A stretch of 64,000 nucleotides of DNA, from the NCBI GenBank assembly GCA_045579055.1, contig JAZNLK010000136.1:10732-74731 (forward strand), written 5' to 3'. This DNA comes from Clostridia bacterium. GTDB lineage: Bacteria; Bacillota; Clostridia; Monoglobales; Monoglobaceae. The position numbers and the translations under genes were made by a program. How positions within the stretch are numbered: the first letter of the stretch is position 1; each line of letters begins with the position of its first letter. A model generated the notes under the pieces. It ran no database searches. It was not told where the DNA came from and saw only the letters and a program-made list of their open reading frames with translations. Below are positions 19,297 to 27,319 of this stretch, piece by piece.

Positions 19297-20619
19297 TTAT
19301 TTGTCGTTTTCGTCGAATTTATCGCCACATTCGGGACAGAACTTGGGCGGATTCTGAGCATCCTCGGGAACCCAGCCACACTTGTCACACTTAAAATTGA
19401 TAGCATCGGCAGGCTTCGGCTTTCCGCAGTCCTGACAGAATTTACCCTGATTCACAGCACCGCAGGAACAAGTCCAGCCCTTTGCCGCAGGCTTTGGTGC
19501 TCCGCAATTCTGACAGAACTTACCATTATTTTCGGTTCCACATTCACACGTCCAGCCCCCGGAAGCCTGACCGACTCCGCCTACCTGCTGATTTACCATC
19601 GTGTCCTGAGTATTATTTGCCCCCTGCATAAAGCCCGACATATTGCCCATCATATTTCCTGCCATTCCCATGCCCATAAAGCCCATTGCCGCACCTGCTT
19701 CGTTGGCTGCTGCGGTATTCATTGCCTGAGCTGTTGCTCCTGCCATATGTCCACGGAGCATATTTGCATCTCTGCCCATTGCCGCAGACCTCTGATACTC
19801 GGTTATTCTCGCCTCATCTTCGGGTGTTGCGTTTACCGCCGATACCCCGAATTCAACAATCTCGATTCCCCTTCTGTCTCTCCACTTGGAAGAAAGAAGC
19901 TCGTTCAGTTCCTCCGCAAGCTGCATTGTGTATGCAGGAATTGCCGCATAATAGATGTTGTTCTGTGAAATCTTGAACATTGCAGGATTAAGTGCCGTAA
20001 GCAACTCCGACTTCAACTGGCTGTCAATCTCATCTCGGGTAAAGTCGTTTTCCACATTGGCACAAACATTGGTATAAAACAGCAAGGGGTTTGTGATTTT
20101 GTAGGAATACTCACCGTGACAACGGATTTTTATATCAAGAGGGAACCCAATTGCCTGATCCATAATTCTAAAAGGAATAGGTGACGGTGTTCCGTACTTG
20201 TTACCCATTATCTCCTTGGTATTGAAGAAGTAAATTCTCTGATCCTTTGCAGGCTCTCCACCAAAAGAGAAGCGCTTTCCTATTTCAGAAAATGTCTTCT
20301 TTATGTTTTCACCCAAAGAACCGTAAAAAATACTGGGCTCCGTTCCCGTATCATAAACAAACTCACCGGGTTCGGCACAGATTTCAACAACCTTGCCCGA
20401 TTCCACAATAATCATACACTGACCGTCGTTCACATTGATAATTGAACCGTTTGAAATAATATTGTCGGTTCCCTTCTTGTTTGAAGAACGGTCGCCTGCA
20501 CGTTTTTCACCCTTGACAACAAGGGTGTCTGCATCCATACTCTCGCAGTAAAAATAATCACGCCATGAGTCAGCAAGAACGCCGCCCAATGCACCGAATC
20601 CGGCTTTAAGTAATCCCAT
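19297..20619 (-). CDS. SPFH (band-7) domain protein with C-terminal tandem zinc ribbons (COG4260-like)
   Basis: The N-terminus (MGLLKAGFGALGGVLADSWRDYFYC) and SPFH-like core are followed by a Gly/Met/Ala-rich linker and three CxxC...CxxC ribbons (WTCECG..FCQNCG, WTCSCG..FCQDCG, FKCDKCG..FCPECG). RBS GAGGAG. Confidence 0.75.
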   Translation of the reverse strand: MGLLKAGFGALGGVLADSWRDYFYCESMDADTLVVKGEKRAGDRSSNKKGTDNIISNGSIINVNDGQCMIIVESGKVVEICAEPGEFVYDTGTEPSIFYGSLGENIKKTFSEIGKRFSFGGEPAKDQRIYFFNTKEIMGNKYGTPSPIPFRIMDQAIGFPLDIKIRCHGEYSYKITNPLLFYTNVCANVENDFTRDEIDSQLKSELLTALNPAMFKISQNNIYYAAIPAYTMQLAEELNELLSSKWRDRRGIEIVEFGVSAVNATPEDEARITEYQRSAAMGRDANMLRGHMAGATAQAMNTAAANEAGAAMGFMGMGMAGNMMGNMSGFMQGANNTQDTMVNQQVGGVGQASGGWTCECGTENNGKFCQNCGAPKPAAKGWTCSCGAVNQGKFCQDCGKPKPADAINFKCDKCGWVPEDAQNPPKFCPECGDKFDENDK

Positions 20620-20834
20620 AACAATTCTCCTCTACACTATTATTTTTATCGTCGGGCTTGTAGCAAAATGATTTTTTCGGGCCGTCATAAAGGCTGTCCC
20701 CTACATATATTTTATAAATACAATTTGTATGGTTCGGCAATTTTCGACGAACCGTTCTTTTGCCACCACCCCTCAAAATTCTTCCTATGTATATAATTCG
20801 ATATTTTTCCTGAAATACCTTTTTCTTGCACCCA

Positions 20835-21611
20835 TTATATCTCAACAATCATCCCGTCATATGCAATGCACGCACTGCGTGAATAGCCTTTCACAAGGCT
20901 TTCCGCGGCTTCACGGTCATTGATTATTTCACGGCCGTGGTGGTTGAAAATAACTTTTTCAATCTTCTTCGATTCTGCATATTCCAGAATCTCCGCCACC
21001 TTTTGGTGTCCGCTTTCGATTATCAGACAGTCACAACCTGCGGCAATAAGCGGGTCAAGCTCGCAAAGTTTTCTGATATCCCCGGAATAAACCACTTTTT
21101 TGCCGCTCACTCCAATTGCAAATGAGAACGACTGCCACTGAGCATTTTCTTCGTCAAGGATATGTGCGTTGTGAACCGCCGAAACCCTTATATCCTGATT
21201 TTCAAAAACCAAGCCGTCAGAAATCAGACTGTCTCTTATGTCAAGAATATCAAAGAAGCCCTGTCCCGACGCAACGGTAATAAGCCCCTTCATATGCCTC
21301 CACAAATCCTCGTGGGGCAAAAAAAGATTCACGTGTCCGTCAATGGGTTCCCCTGACTTCCGCCACATCTGCTGACGGATAAGCTGAATCAGGTTAAAAA
21401 GTCCGCCAATATGGTCTTCGTGAGGATGTGAAATAAAAATGCTGTTTATCTTCAGCATATCCACACCTGCAAGAAAGGCGTTCCGTGAGCAATTCTCGCC
21501 TGCATCGAACCAGTATATGCGTCCACCTTCTTCAACGGTAAACGCCGTATGATGCATATTTTCAAAAGGTTCTGTTCCTGAACAAGTCCCCAAAAATCTT
21601 ATTTTTGCCAT
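20835..21611 (-). CDS. Metallo-beta-lactamase fold hydrolase
   Basis: The HxHxDH motif is present (SHPHEDHIGG), and the length is typical at 258 aa. There is no signal peptide. Confidence 0.8.
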   Translation of the reverse strand: MAKIRFLGTCSGTEPFENMHHTAFTVEEGGRIYWFDAGENCSRNAFLAGVDMLKINSIFISHPHEDHIGGLFNLIQLIRQQMWRKSGEPIDGHVNLFLPHEDLWRHMKGLITVASGQGFFDILDIRDSLISDGLVFENQDIRVSAVHNAHILDEENAQWQSFSFAIGVSGKKVVYSGDIRKLCELDPLIAAGCDCLIIESGHQKVAEILEYAESKKIEKVIFNHHGREIINDREAAESLVKGYSRSACIAYDGMIVEI

Positions 21612-21805
21612 ACTGAAACCGTCCTTTCAGCCTAAAATATAATGCACCGAACAGTTCAAAAACCATCCGATGCATTTATTATATAATATATGCCGCCTTA
21701 TGTCAAACACAAATTCCGTCTCAACACCTCATGGAAGAACCAAAACCCACAAATCCTTTTCCGTTATACCGTGACAATTTATTCTTTCAACAGCCCCACG
21801 GATTT

Positions 21806-22747
21806 TCAGGACAAGGAGAGGTCGAAAAGCTTTTCAAGATTTCTTTTTGAATAAAAAGCCGCCACATTTCTTTCAGGATAGTGCCCGTCATCCATCCTGA
21901 TTTCAAAACCGTTGGTGAGGTAAACCACAGGGCGTCTTCCGAACTGCTTTTCAAGTATATCCGCATAAAGTTTTGCCCACTGTCTGCCAACAGCAAAATC
22001 CTTGCAAGTATGCCTTGCCTCAATCACCGCAAGAGGGCTGTGTGCATCGTCATAAAGCACATAATCTGCAAAACCTGACGTTCCCGGAAGAGGAACATCC
22101 TTTATCCAGTTTTCACCTTTTGTCCAGCCTGCTTCCTGAAGCATTGTATCTATGTAAATCCTTCTTGTATCAAATTCCGAAAGCTCAAGAGGCTTTGGAA
22201 CGTAGGTCTGCTGATGCTCGGCACGGCGTGCGGTAAGTTCTTCCTTCAGTTCCTTGTTTTCAGCCATCAGGCTCTCTACATCAACCGTCTTTTCGGTGAC
22301 AAATGCCAAAGCTTCTTCGGTTGTCAATTCCAGAAGCTTTTTGTCAAAATCCTTTTGGACATAGTTCTTTCCATAACAATATGCCACATAATCCAGAAAA
22401 TAGAAGAGATTCTCAACACAGTGCTCCGCCTGCTCCATAGAGATTTCATTTCCGCCGTGAGCCGCAATGTTACCCGTCTTTCGGATAAAATCCATACGTC
22501 TGTATATGTCCTCACCCACAACATCACGAAATTTCTCTTCGCTCATCATCGCCATAAGAGTATTGTCATAGGGCATTTCCAAATCCTTGTCGACCGAATA
22601 CATCCACTTCACAGCAAACTCCATAGCTCTGCGGCAATTCAGCACAGCCGCCGAAATGTCAATATGCAAAAGCTGTTCGCTGGATGCAGCCACATCACAG
22701 AATGTGGCAAATTGCGGCTCTGACTTCAGAAAATCAAAGTTTGTCAC
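21806..22747 (-). CDS. DUF4145 plus HsdR_N (PD-(D/E)xK nuclease-like) protein; either stand-alone or a truncated N-terminal fragment of a type I R-M/helicase-like gene
   Basis: NFDFLKSEPQFATF..AVLNCRRAMEFAVKWMY is DUF4145-like. GFADYVLYDD..PLAVIEARH is HsdR N-terminal nuclease-like. No helicase motifs follow. The likely start is GTG at 22747 (RBS AGGTGA). The ORF extension to 22822 runs through a hairpin repeat array. Confidence 0.55.
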   Translation of the reverse strand: MTNFDFLKSEPQFATFCDVAASSEQLLHIDISAAVLNCRRAMEFAVKWMYSVDKDLEMPYDNTLMAMMSEEKFRDVVGEDIYRRMDFIRKTGNIAAHGGNEISMEQAEHCVENLFYFLDYVAYCYGKNYVQKDFDKKLLELTTEEALAFVTEKTVDVESLMAENKELKEELTARRAEHQQTYVPKPLELSEFDTRRIYIDTMLQEAGWTKGENWIKDVPLPGTSGFADYVLYDDAHSPLAVIEARHTCKDFAVGRQWAKLYADILEKQFGRRPVVYLTNGFEIRMDDGHYPERNVAAFYSKRNLEKLFDLSLS

Positions 22748-22773
22748 CTTATCACCTACCCCAAAATATCTTT

Positions 22774-22905
22774 GCGATATGATATAAATTCCTTTATCTC
22801 GTCCCGAAGGGACATATCGCATTACGAAGTAATATATCGCACCGCAAGGTATATCGCAAATTCCGCAAGGAATTTATATCGCTGATTTCATCTTCGATGA
22901 AATCA
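22774..22905. repeat. Array of short hairpins punctuated by the heptamer ATATCGC
   Basis: GTCCCgaaGGGAC-ATATCGC, ATTACgaaGTAAT-ATATCGC, ACCgcaaGGT-ATATCGC and AAATTCCgcaaGGAATTT-ATATCGC are followed by TGATTTCATCttcGATGAAATCA. The left end is homologous to 2374-2412. Confidence 0.6.
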
Positions 22906-22983
22906 TTATACCACACCACACCCAAATTTTCAATAAAATATATACATATAGTTTTTCCTGTTATATTCAGTTTTTTATGTTGT

Positions 22984-23012
22984 TTCCTACTGAAAAAGTT
23001 GACATATCCTAC
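22984..23012. promoter_or_regulatory. Copy (a) of the 29-bp direct-repeat motif (candidate AraC-type operator)
   Basis: The minus-strand reading is GTAGGATATGTCAACTTTTTCAGTAGGAA. It is identical to copy (d) at 54760-54788 over 27 nt. Confidence 0.45.
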
Positions 23013-23029
23013 AATCTGCACCATTTCTA

Positions 23030-23058
23030 TTGACAAACAAAAAGCCCTTTGATACAAT
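23030..23058 (+). promoter_or_regulatory. Sigma-70-type promoter of the FG-GAP gene
   Basis: TTGACA (23030-23035), a 17-nt spacer, then TACAAT (23053-23058). It lies about 55 nt upstream of the ATG at 23114. Confidence 0.55.
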
Positions 23059-23113
23059 AATTTTGTTCAAGGATAAATAGGCTAAAAACCTTGACAGAAT
23101 GGAGTTTTTTACT

Positions 23114-25909
23114 ATGAAATGGACAAAAAAAGGCTTTGAAGAATTCCAAAAAGGCACATTGGGGAACGGTGGACAAAACATCTTTATCTCCGCCAAAGGT
23201 GTCCTTCAGAGAATCTTTAATTTTGACATAAACAGCGATGGTTTCCCTGATATTCCCATAACCAACAGTCACAGTATGAACGAAAGAACCAAAATCCATA
23301 TTTATGACAGTCTGAGTCAGGAAGAACCGCTGGAATTACCTTCAAACGGCTCCTATGATGCAATATTTGCCGACCTGACCGGTGACGGAACCGAGGATTT
23401 GGTTGTTGCCTGCCAGCATAACGGCGTCAACAGCGACGTGTCGGCTGTTATATATTTCGGAAGTGAAATAGGTCTTTCCGAAAAATACAAGCTTGAGCTT
23501 CGTGTTCCCAATTCCCTTGGTGTTGCTGCCGGGGATTTCTCCGGTTGCGGAAAGAAGTCCTTGGTGTTCATCAGCAACGACAAGCTTCGTCTGTTCAATC
23601 AATGCGGCTACGGAATTGAAGCCTCAGGCTTTGAAGAGCTTGATATCAACGCCATTTCCCTTGCCGCAGGAGATTTGGACGGTGACGGTTATGACGATTT
23701 GTATGTTGTATACAAGGAAACAGGCTGCACAGCCGTATACTGGGGCGGTGAAGACGGAATAAACCCCCAGCGTAAAACGGATTTCGGCGTACAGACCATT
23801 TTCGGCGATGAACGTGCAAGTGCCACAACGGCAGGAAGAAAGTTCTTCCGTTGGCTTCCTTGGAAAAACAGCATTGTCTTTGCAAAGGGCAAGAAAATGA
23901 CCTTCAGACCCGAAGGGGATTATGCAGTTTTCGAAAGCTTCGGCAAAGACAGACAGCCAAAAGAAGAAATCAGAATTTTATGCGAATATGAACATACCGA
24001 ATCGGGTGATTGCCGTTATGAAGCCACATTCTCACGCAAAGGGGCTATGCACGCCGTTTCGGGAGATTTAAAAAACTGCGGTGACAGCGACATTGTAATT
24101 TCCGTCGCAAGCGACTTTGATACCATCGATAATTCAATCGTACTTTGGGAAAGCGAAGACTATTCCGAAGATGCGGCAACAAAGATTCCCATTCGTGCGG
24201 CAAGAATTTTGTCGGTTGGTTCAATGGAAGACGGTGGCAAAAACTATCTTTTTGTTGCTCAGTCAAGTGAGCTTCACAGATTAACCATAAAAACATCTGT
24301 TTTCTCTTTCAACGAAACAGGTGAATACAAGGAAGAACGTCAACTGACAGCCAACGAACCCGTAAAGGTTATGTCCGGAAGAACATATACCGATGGCAGA
24401 TATCAGCTTGCGGTTGTAAACTTTGAGGGTGAAAGTCTTCTTGGCTTTGAAAATGTTTATGTTTTCCTTGGGGGCGAAGACGGCTATTTGCCCGAAAGAC
24501 GCCTTGAATTCCCCGGCTGTGCGGCGGTTGACACAATCCCCTGTGATTTTAACGATGACGGCATCCCCGATGTTCTCATTATAAACTGTGCAGAGAACGC
24601 ACCCCATATGACTCCCGGCTCAGTTATCTACTGGAACAGTCCCAAGGGCTTTGACGTTGAAAACCGAAAGAACCACTTTTATTCCGAAACCTCCCACGGA
24701 GTTGCAGTTGGCGACTTCAGAAAGTGCGGATATCTGGATTTGGTTATGGGCGGCTTTTCTTGCCGTGAAATAAAGATCTTTGAAGGCGGACCCAACGGCT
24801 ATGATTTCGACAACCCGAAAATCCTGGTTCTTGGTCCCGACCCTGAAGAATATCTGAAAGAATTTATGGGAAAGCCCCGAATTGAAAAGGACTTAGAAAT
24901 GGATCCCGACATTCGCCGGGAATTCGGTCAGGTTCGCTGGATGTTTGCGGCAGATTTCAACGGGGACGGCTGGCTCGATATTTTCGTTTCGGAAATCTGT
25001 GGAAAACGGTCATTCATATTCTGGGGTGGTCCTGAAGGCTTCAGCCGTGATAATTATCAGATTATTGCAACAGACGGCATTGCATCAGCCAATGCCGCCG
25101 ACCTCAACGGCAATGGTTATCTTGATTTAGTTCTGGCTTGTCACCAATCCGTCACCTATTCCCATCCTCAGGAACTGGGCAAGTTTGAAATATACTGGGG
25201 CGGCAAAGACGGCTATAAGGAAAACCGCAAGACACAGCTTTCGACACCTTGTTGCAATGCTTTAACAATTCAGGATTTCAACGGGGACGGACGCCTTGAC
25301 ATATACGGCACAGCATACTCCAACGGAAGATGCCGCGACATCGACTCCTACCTCTACTTCCAGTCAGAGGACGGAATCTTCCATTCGGAAAACTATCAGA
25401 ACATCTTCAATCATTCAGGCTGCGGATGCATGGCAGGAGACTTCAACGGTGACGGATATATGGATTTGGCTGTTGCATCCCACAAGGCATACGGCAACCA
25501 CACCAACACATCATACATATTCTGGGGCGACAAGGATGGCATAAACGAAACACGCTACACCGAGCTTCCCTGCATCGGGCCTCACGGAATGTGCTCGGTT
25601 GACATCGGAAACATTATGGACAGAGGCGATTCCGAGTATTATTATTCCGAAGCCTATAAGTCAGAAAGCAAAGCTACAAAAGTCTGCTGGACAGCGGAAA
25701 ACGGCAAGAAAACCTGGGTAAAAATTCAGTTCAGATGTGCGGATTCCATTGAAGCACTTGAAACTGCAAAGTGGTCTGAATCCTTTGATAACAATGCCGA
25801 CATTTCCGCCCTGAATCTCCACGGCTACATCCAGTACAAGCTGGAGCTTGGTGCAACCTGCGGCACAGGCACACCAAGGGTAACAGAAGTAACGGTTGAG
25901 TTTGAGTAA
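23114..25909 (+). CDS. Cytoplasmic FG-GAP/VCBS-repeat protein (931 aa; about 13-14 blades, probably two beta-propellers, plus a C-terminal beta-sandwich)
   Basis: There are repeated Ca-loop motifs: DINSDGFPD, DLTGDGTED, DLDGDGYDD, DFNDDGIPD, DFNGDGWLD, DLNGNGYLD, DFNGDGRLD and DFNGDGYMD. There is no signal peptide. The ATG at 23114 is preceded by GGAG 9 nt upstream. Confidence 0.8.
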   Translation: MKWTKKGFEEFQKGTLGNGGQNIFISAKGVLQRIFNFDINSDGFPDIPITNSHSMNERTKIHIYDSLSQEEPLELPSNGSYDAIFADLTGDGTEDLVVACQHNGVNSDVSAVIYFGSEIGLSEKYKLELRVPNSLGVAAGDFSGCGKKSLVFISNDKLRLFNQCGYGIEASGFEELDINAISLAAGDLDGDGYDDLYVVYKETGCTAVYWGGEDGINPQRKTDFGVQTIFGDERASATTAGRKFFRWLPWKNSIVFAKGKKMTFRPEGDYAVFESFGKDRQPKEEIRILCEYEHTESGDCRYEATFSRKGAMHAVSGDLKNCGDSDIVISVASDFDTIDNSIVLWESEDYSEDAATKIPIRAARILSVGSMEDGGKNYLFVAQSSELHRLTIKTSVFSFNETGEYKEERQLTANEPVKVMSGRTYTDGRYQLAVVNFEGESLLGFENVYVFLGGEDGYLPERRLEFPGCAAVDTIPCDFNDDGIPDVLIINCAENAPHMTPGSVIYWNSPKGFDVENRKNHFYSETSHGVAVGDFRKCGYLDLVMGGFSCREIKIFEGGPNGYDFDNPKILVLGPDPEEYLKEFMGKPRIEKDLEMDPDIRREFGQVRWMFAADFNGDGWLDIFVSEICGKRSFIFWGGPEGFSRDNYQIIATDGIASANAADLNGNGYLDLVLACHQSVTYSHPQELGKFEIYWGGKDGYKENRKTQLSTPCCNALTIQDFNGDGRLDIYGTAYSNGRCRDIDSYLYFQSEDGIFHSENYQNIFNHSGCGCMAGDFNGDGYMDLAVASHKAYGNHTNTSYIFWGDKDGINETRYTELPCIGPHGMCSVDIGNIMDRGDSEYYYSEAYKSESKATKVCWTAENGKKTWVKIQFRCADSIEALETAKWSESFDNNADISALNLHGYIQYKLELGATCGTGTPRVTEVTVEFE

Positions 25910-26071
25910 GAAAGCTTATACAAAGCATAGCTTATCGTCAACGCAGGTTGCACCAAAATGAATCAGGGTTCCCACAAAAGCAGAGCTTTTGCGGGAAGAG
26001 GAGCAACCAAGCGAAAAAAGGTTGGCTTGTTTTGCAAGCCGAGCTTAAAAGCGAAAGTTGCGACGAGCGGT

Positions 26072-26116
26072 TGCGGCACTCCAAGGGTAACAGAAGTAAC
26101 AGTTGAATTTCAATAA
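26072..26116 (+). repeat. Non-coding duplicate of the last 45-50 nt of the FG-GAP gene
   Basis: TGCGGCACTCCAAGGGTAACAGAAGTAACAGTTGAATTTCAATAA aligns with the gene end, 25859-25909 (TGCGGCACAGGCACACCAAGGGTAACAGAAGTAACGGTTGAGTTTGAGTAA). Confidence 0.75.
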
Positions 26117-26136
26117 TAACAAAGGAGCACATAAAA

Positions 26137-27315
26137 ATGAGTAGAGAATATTTTGAAAACAGAATCAAAGAAGTAACCAAAAACCACCAAGATGTTATCT
26201 CAAGAAAGAACACTCCCAAATTCAGTATCAACGGCGTGTTCAACAGATACAAGTATCCTGCACTTATGCGCGAGGATATTCCCCTTAACTGGAGATTTGA
26301 TTATTCATACGAAAGAAATCCCCAATTTCTGGAACGTATTCGCGTGAATGCCATTATGAACGCAGGTGCAATCTATCACGAAGGCAAGTATCTTTTGGTT
26401 GCACGTGTTGAAGGCAACGACCGAAAATCATATTTTGCCGTGGCTGAAAGTGATAACGGTGTTGACGGATTCAAGTTCCGCGAAAAGCCCATCACAATCC
26501 CCAAGGTTTCGGAAATTGACACAAATGTGTATGATATGCGTCTCACAAAGCACGAGGACGGCTGGATTTACGGTCTGTTCTGCAGCGAGAGAAAGGATTT
26601 CTCGGTTGACGACACATCTTCTGCCGTTGCAAAATGCGGCATCGTAAGAACCAAGGATTTTGACAGTTGGGAAAGACTTCCCGACCTCGTTTCTCCCAAT
26701 CAGCAAAGAAATGTATGCGTTCATCCCGAATTTGTTGACGGCAAATATATGCTCTACACAAGACCGTCAGACGGCTTTATTGATGTGGGAAGCGGCGGCG
26801 GTATCGGCGTTGCATTTGTTGACAGTATGGAAAATGCCGTAATTACCGAAGAAAAGATTATTGATGCAAGAATTTATCATACCGTAAAGGAAGTCAAAAA
26901 CGGTGCAGGAGCTCCTCCCATCAAGACAAAAGAAGGCTGGCTTCACGTGGCACACGGTGTAAGAAACCACGCAACAGGTCTCAGATACGTTCTCTATTGC
27001 TTTATGACATCGCTTGACGACCCCACAAAGGTTATTTATCAGCCTGGAGGATACTTCCTTGCCCCCAAGGGTGCAGAGCGTGACGGTGACGTTTCAGGCT
27101 GCGTATTTTCAAATGGTTTGATTGTTGACCCTGATGACAATATGTTTATTTACTATGCATCGGCAGACACAAGACTTCAGGTTGTCTCAACAACGGTTGA
27201 CAAGATGGTGGATTACTGCAAGAACACCCCCGAAGACGGATACACAACCCACACAAGCGTTGAAAACATCTGCAACCTGATTGATGCAAACAAAGACTAC
27301 TACAAAGAGGACTAG
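26137..27315 (+). CDS. GH130 beta-1,4-mannoside phosphorylase (mannosylglucose phosphorylase-like subfamily)
   Basis: FNRYKYPALMREDIPLNWRFDY..NAGAIYHEGKYLLVARVEGNDRKSYFAVAES..DGFKF is typical of GH130_1 enzymes. The length is 392 aa. RBS AAAGGAG. Confidence 0.85.
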   Translation: MSREYFENRIKEVTKNHQDVISRKNTPKFSINGVFNRYKYPALMREDIPLNWRFDYSYERNPQFLERIRVNAIMNAGAIYHEGKYLLVARVEGNDRKSYFAVAESDNGVDGFKFREKPITIPKVSEIDTNVYDMRLTKHEDGWIYGLFCSERKDFSVDDTSSAVAKCGIVRTKDFDSWERLPDLVSPNQQRNVCVHPEFVDGKYMLYTRPSDGFIDVGSGGGIGVAFVDSMENAVITEEKIIDARIYHTVKEVKNGAGAPPIKTKEGWLHVAHGVRNHATGLRYVLYCFMTSLDDPTKVIYQPGGYFLAPKGAERDGDVSGCVFSNGLIVDPDDNMFIYYASADTRLQVVSTTVDKMVDYCKNTPEDGYTTHTSVENICNLIDANKDYYKED

Positions 27316-27319
27316 AATT

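Noticed and set aside
22748-22822. ATG at 22822 as the start of the DUF4145/HsdR_N gene.
   Set aside because: The extra 25 codons are the hairpin/ATATCGC repeat array read as protein (MRYVPSGRDKGIYIISQRY...). The conserved family N-terminus (NFDFLKSEPQF) begins right after a GTG at 22747 that has an AGGTGA RBS.
22774-22905. Possible CRISPR array.
   Set aside because: The conserved unit is only 7 nt, and the intervening 10-18 nt segments are self-complementary hairpins rather than unique spacers. No cas genes are present in the window.
23114-25909. The D-x-N-x-DG-x-x-D loops read as dockerin modules, which would imply a cellulosome.
   Set aside because: The loops recur about 13 times at blade-like spacing of about 60 aa, in a protein without a signal peptide. 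That fits FG-GAP propeller repeats, not the paired 22-aa dockerin duplication. No cohesin-like modules were recognised in the SLH proteins.
25859-26116. Diversity-generating retroelement (VR/TR pair) at the FG-GAP gene 3' end. Three of the four substitutions are A in the downstream copy versus G in the gene.
   Set aside because: The repeat is only about 45 nt with 4-5 differences. No reverse transcriptase or accessory gene is nearby, and the intervening sequence is a scramble of the same segment. A local rearrangement is the simpler explanation.
25938-26252. A 104-aa minus-strand ORF between the FG-GAP and GH130 genes.
   Set aside because: It spans the duplicated or scrambled spacer and the 5' end of GH130 in antisense. 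It is hydrophobic and low-complexity, and it has no RBS.
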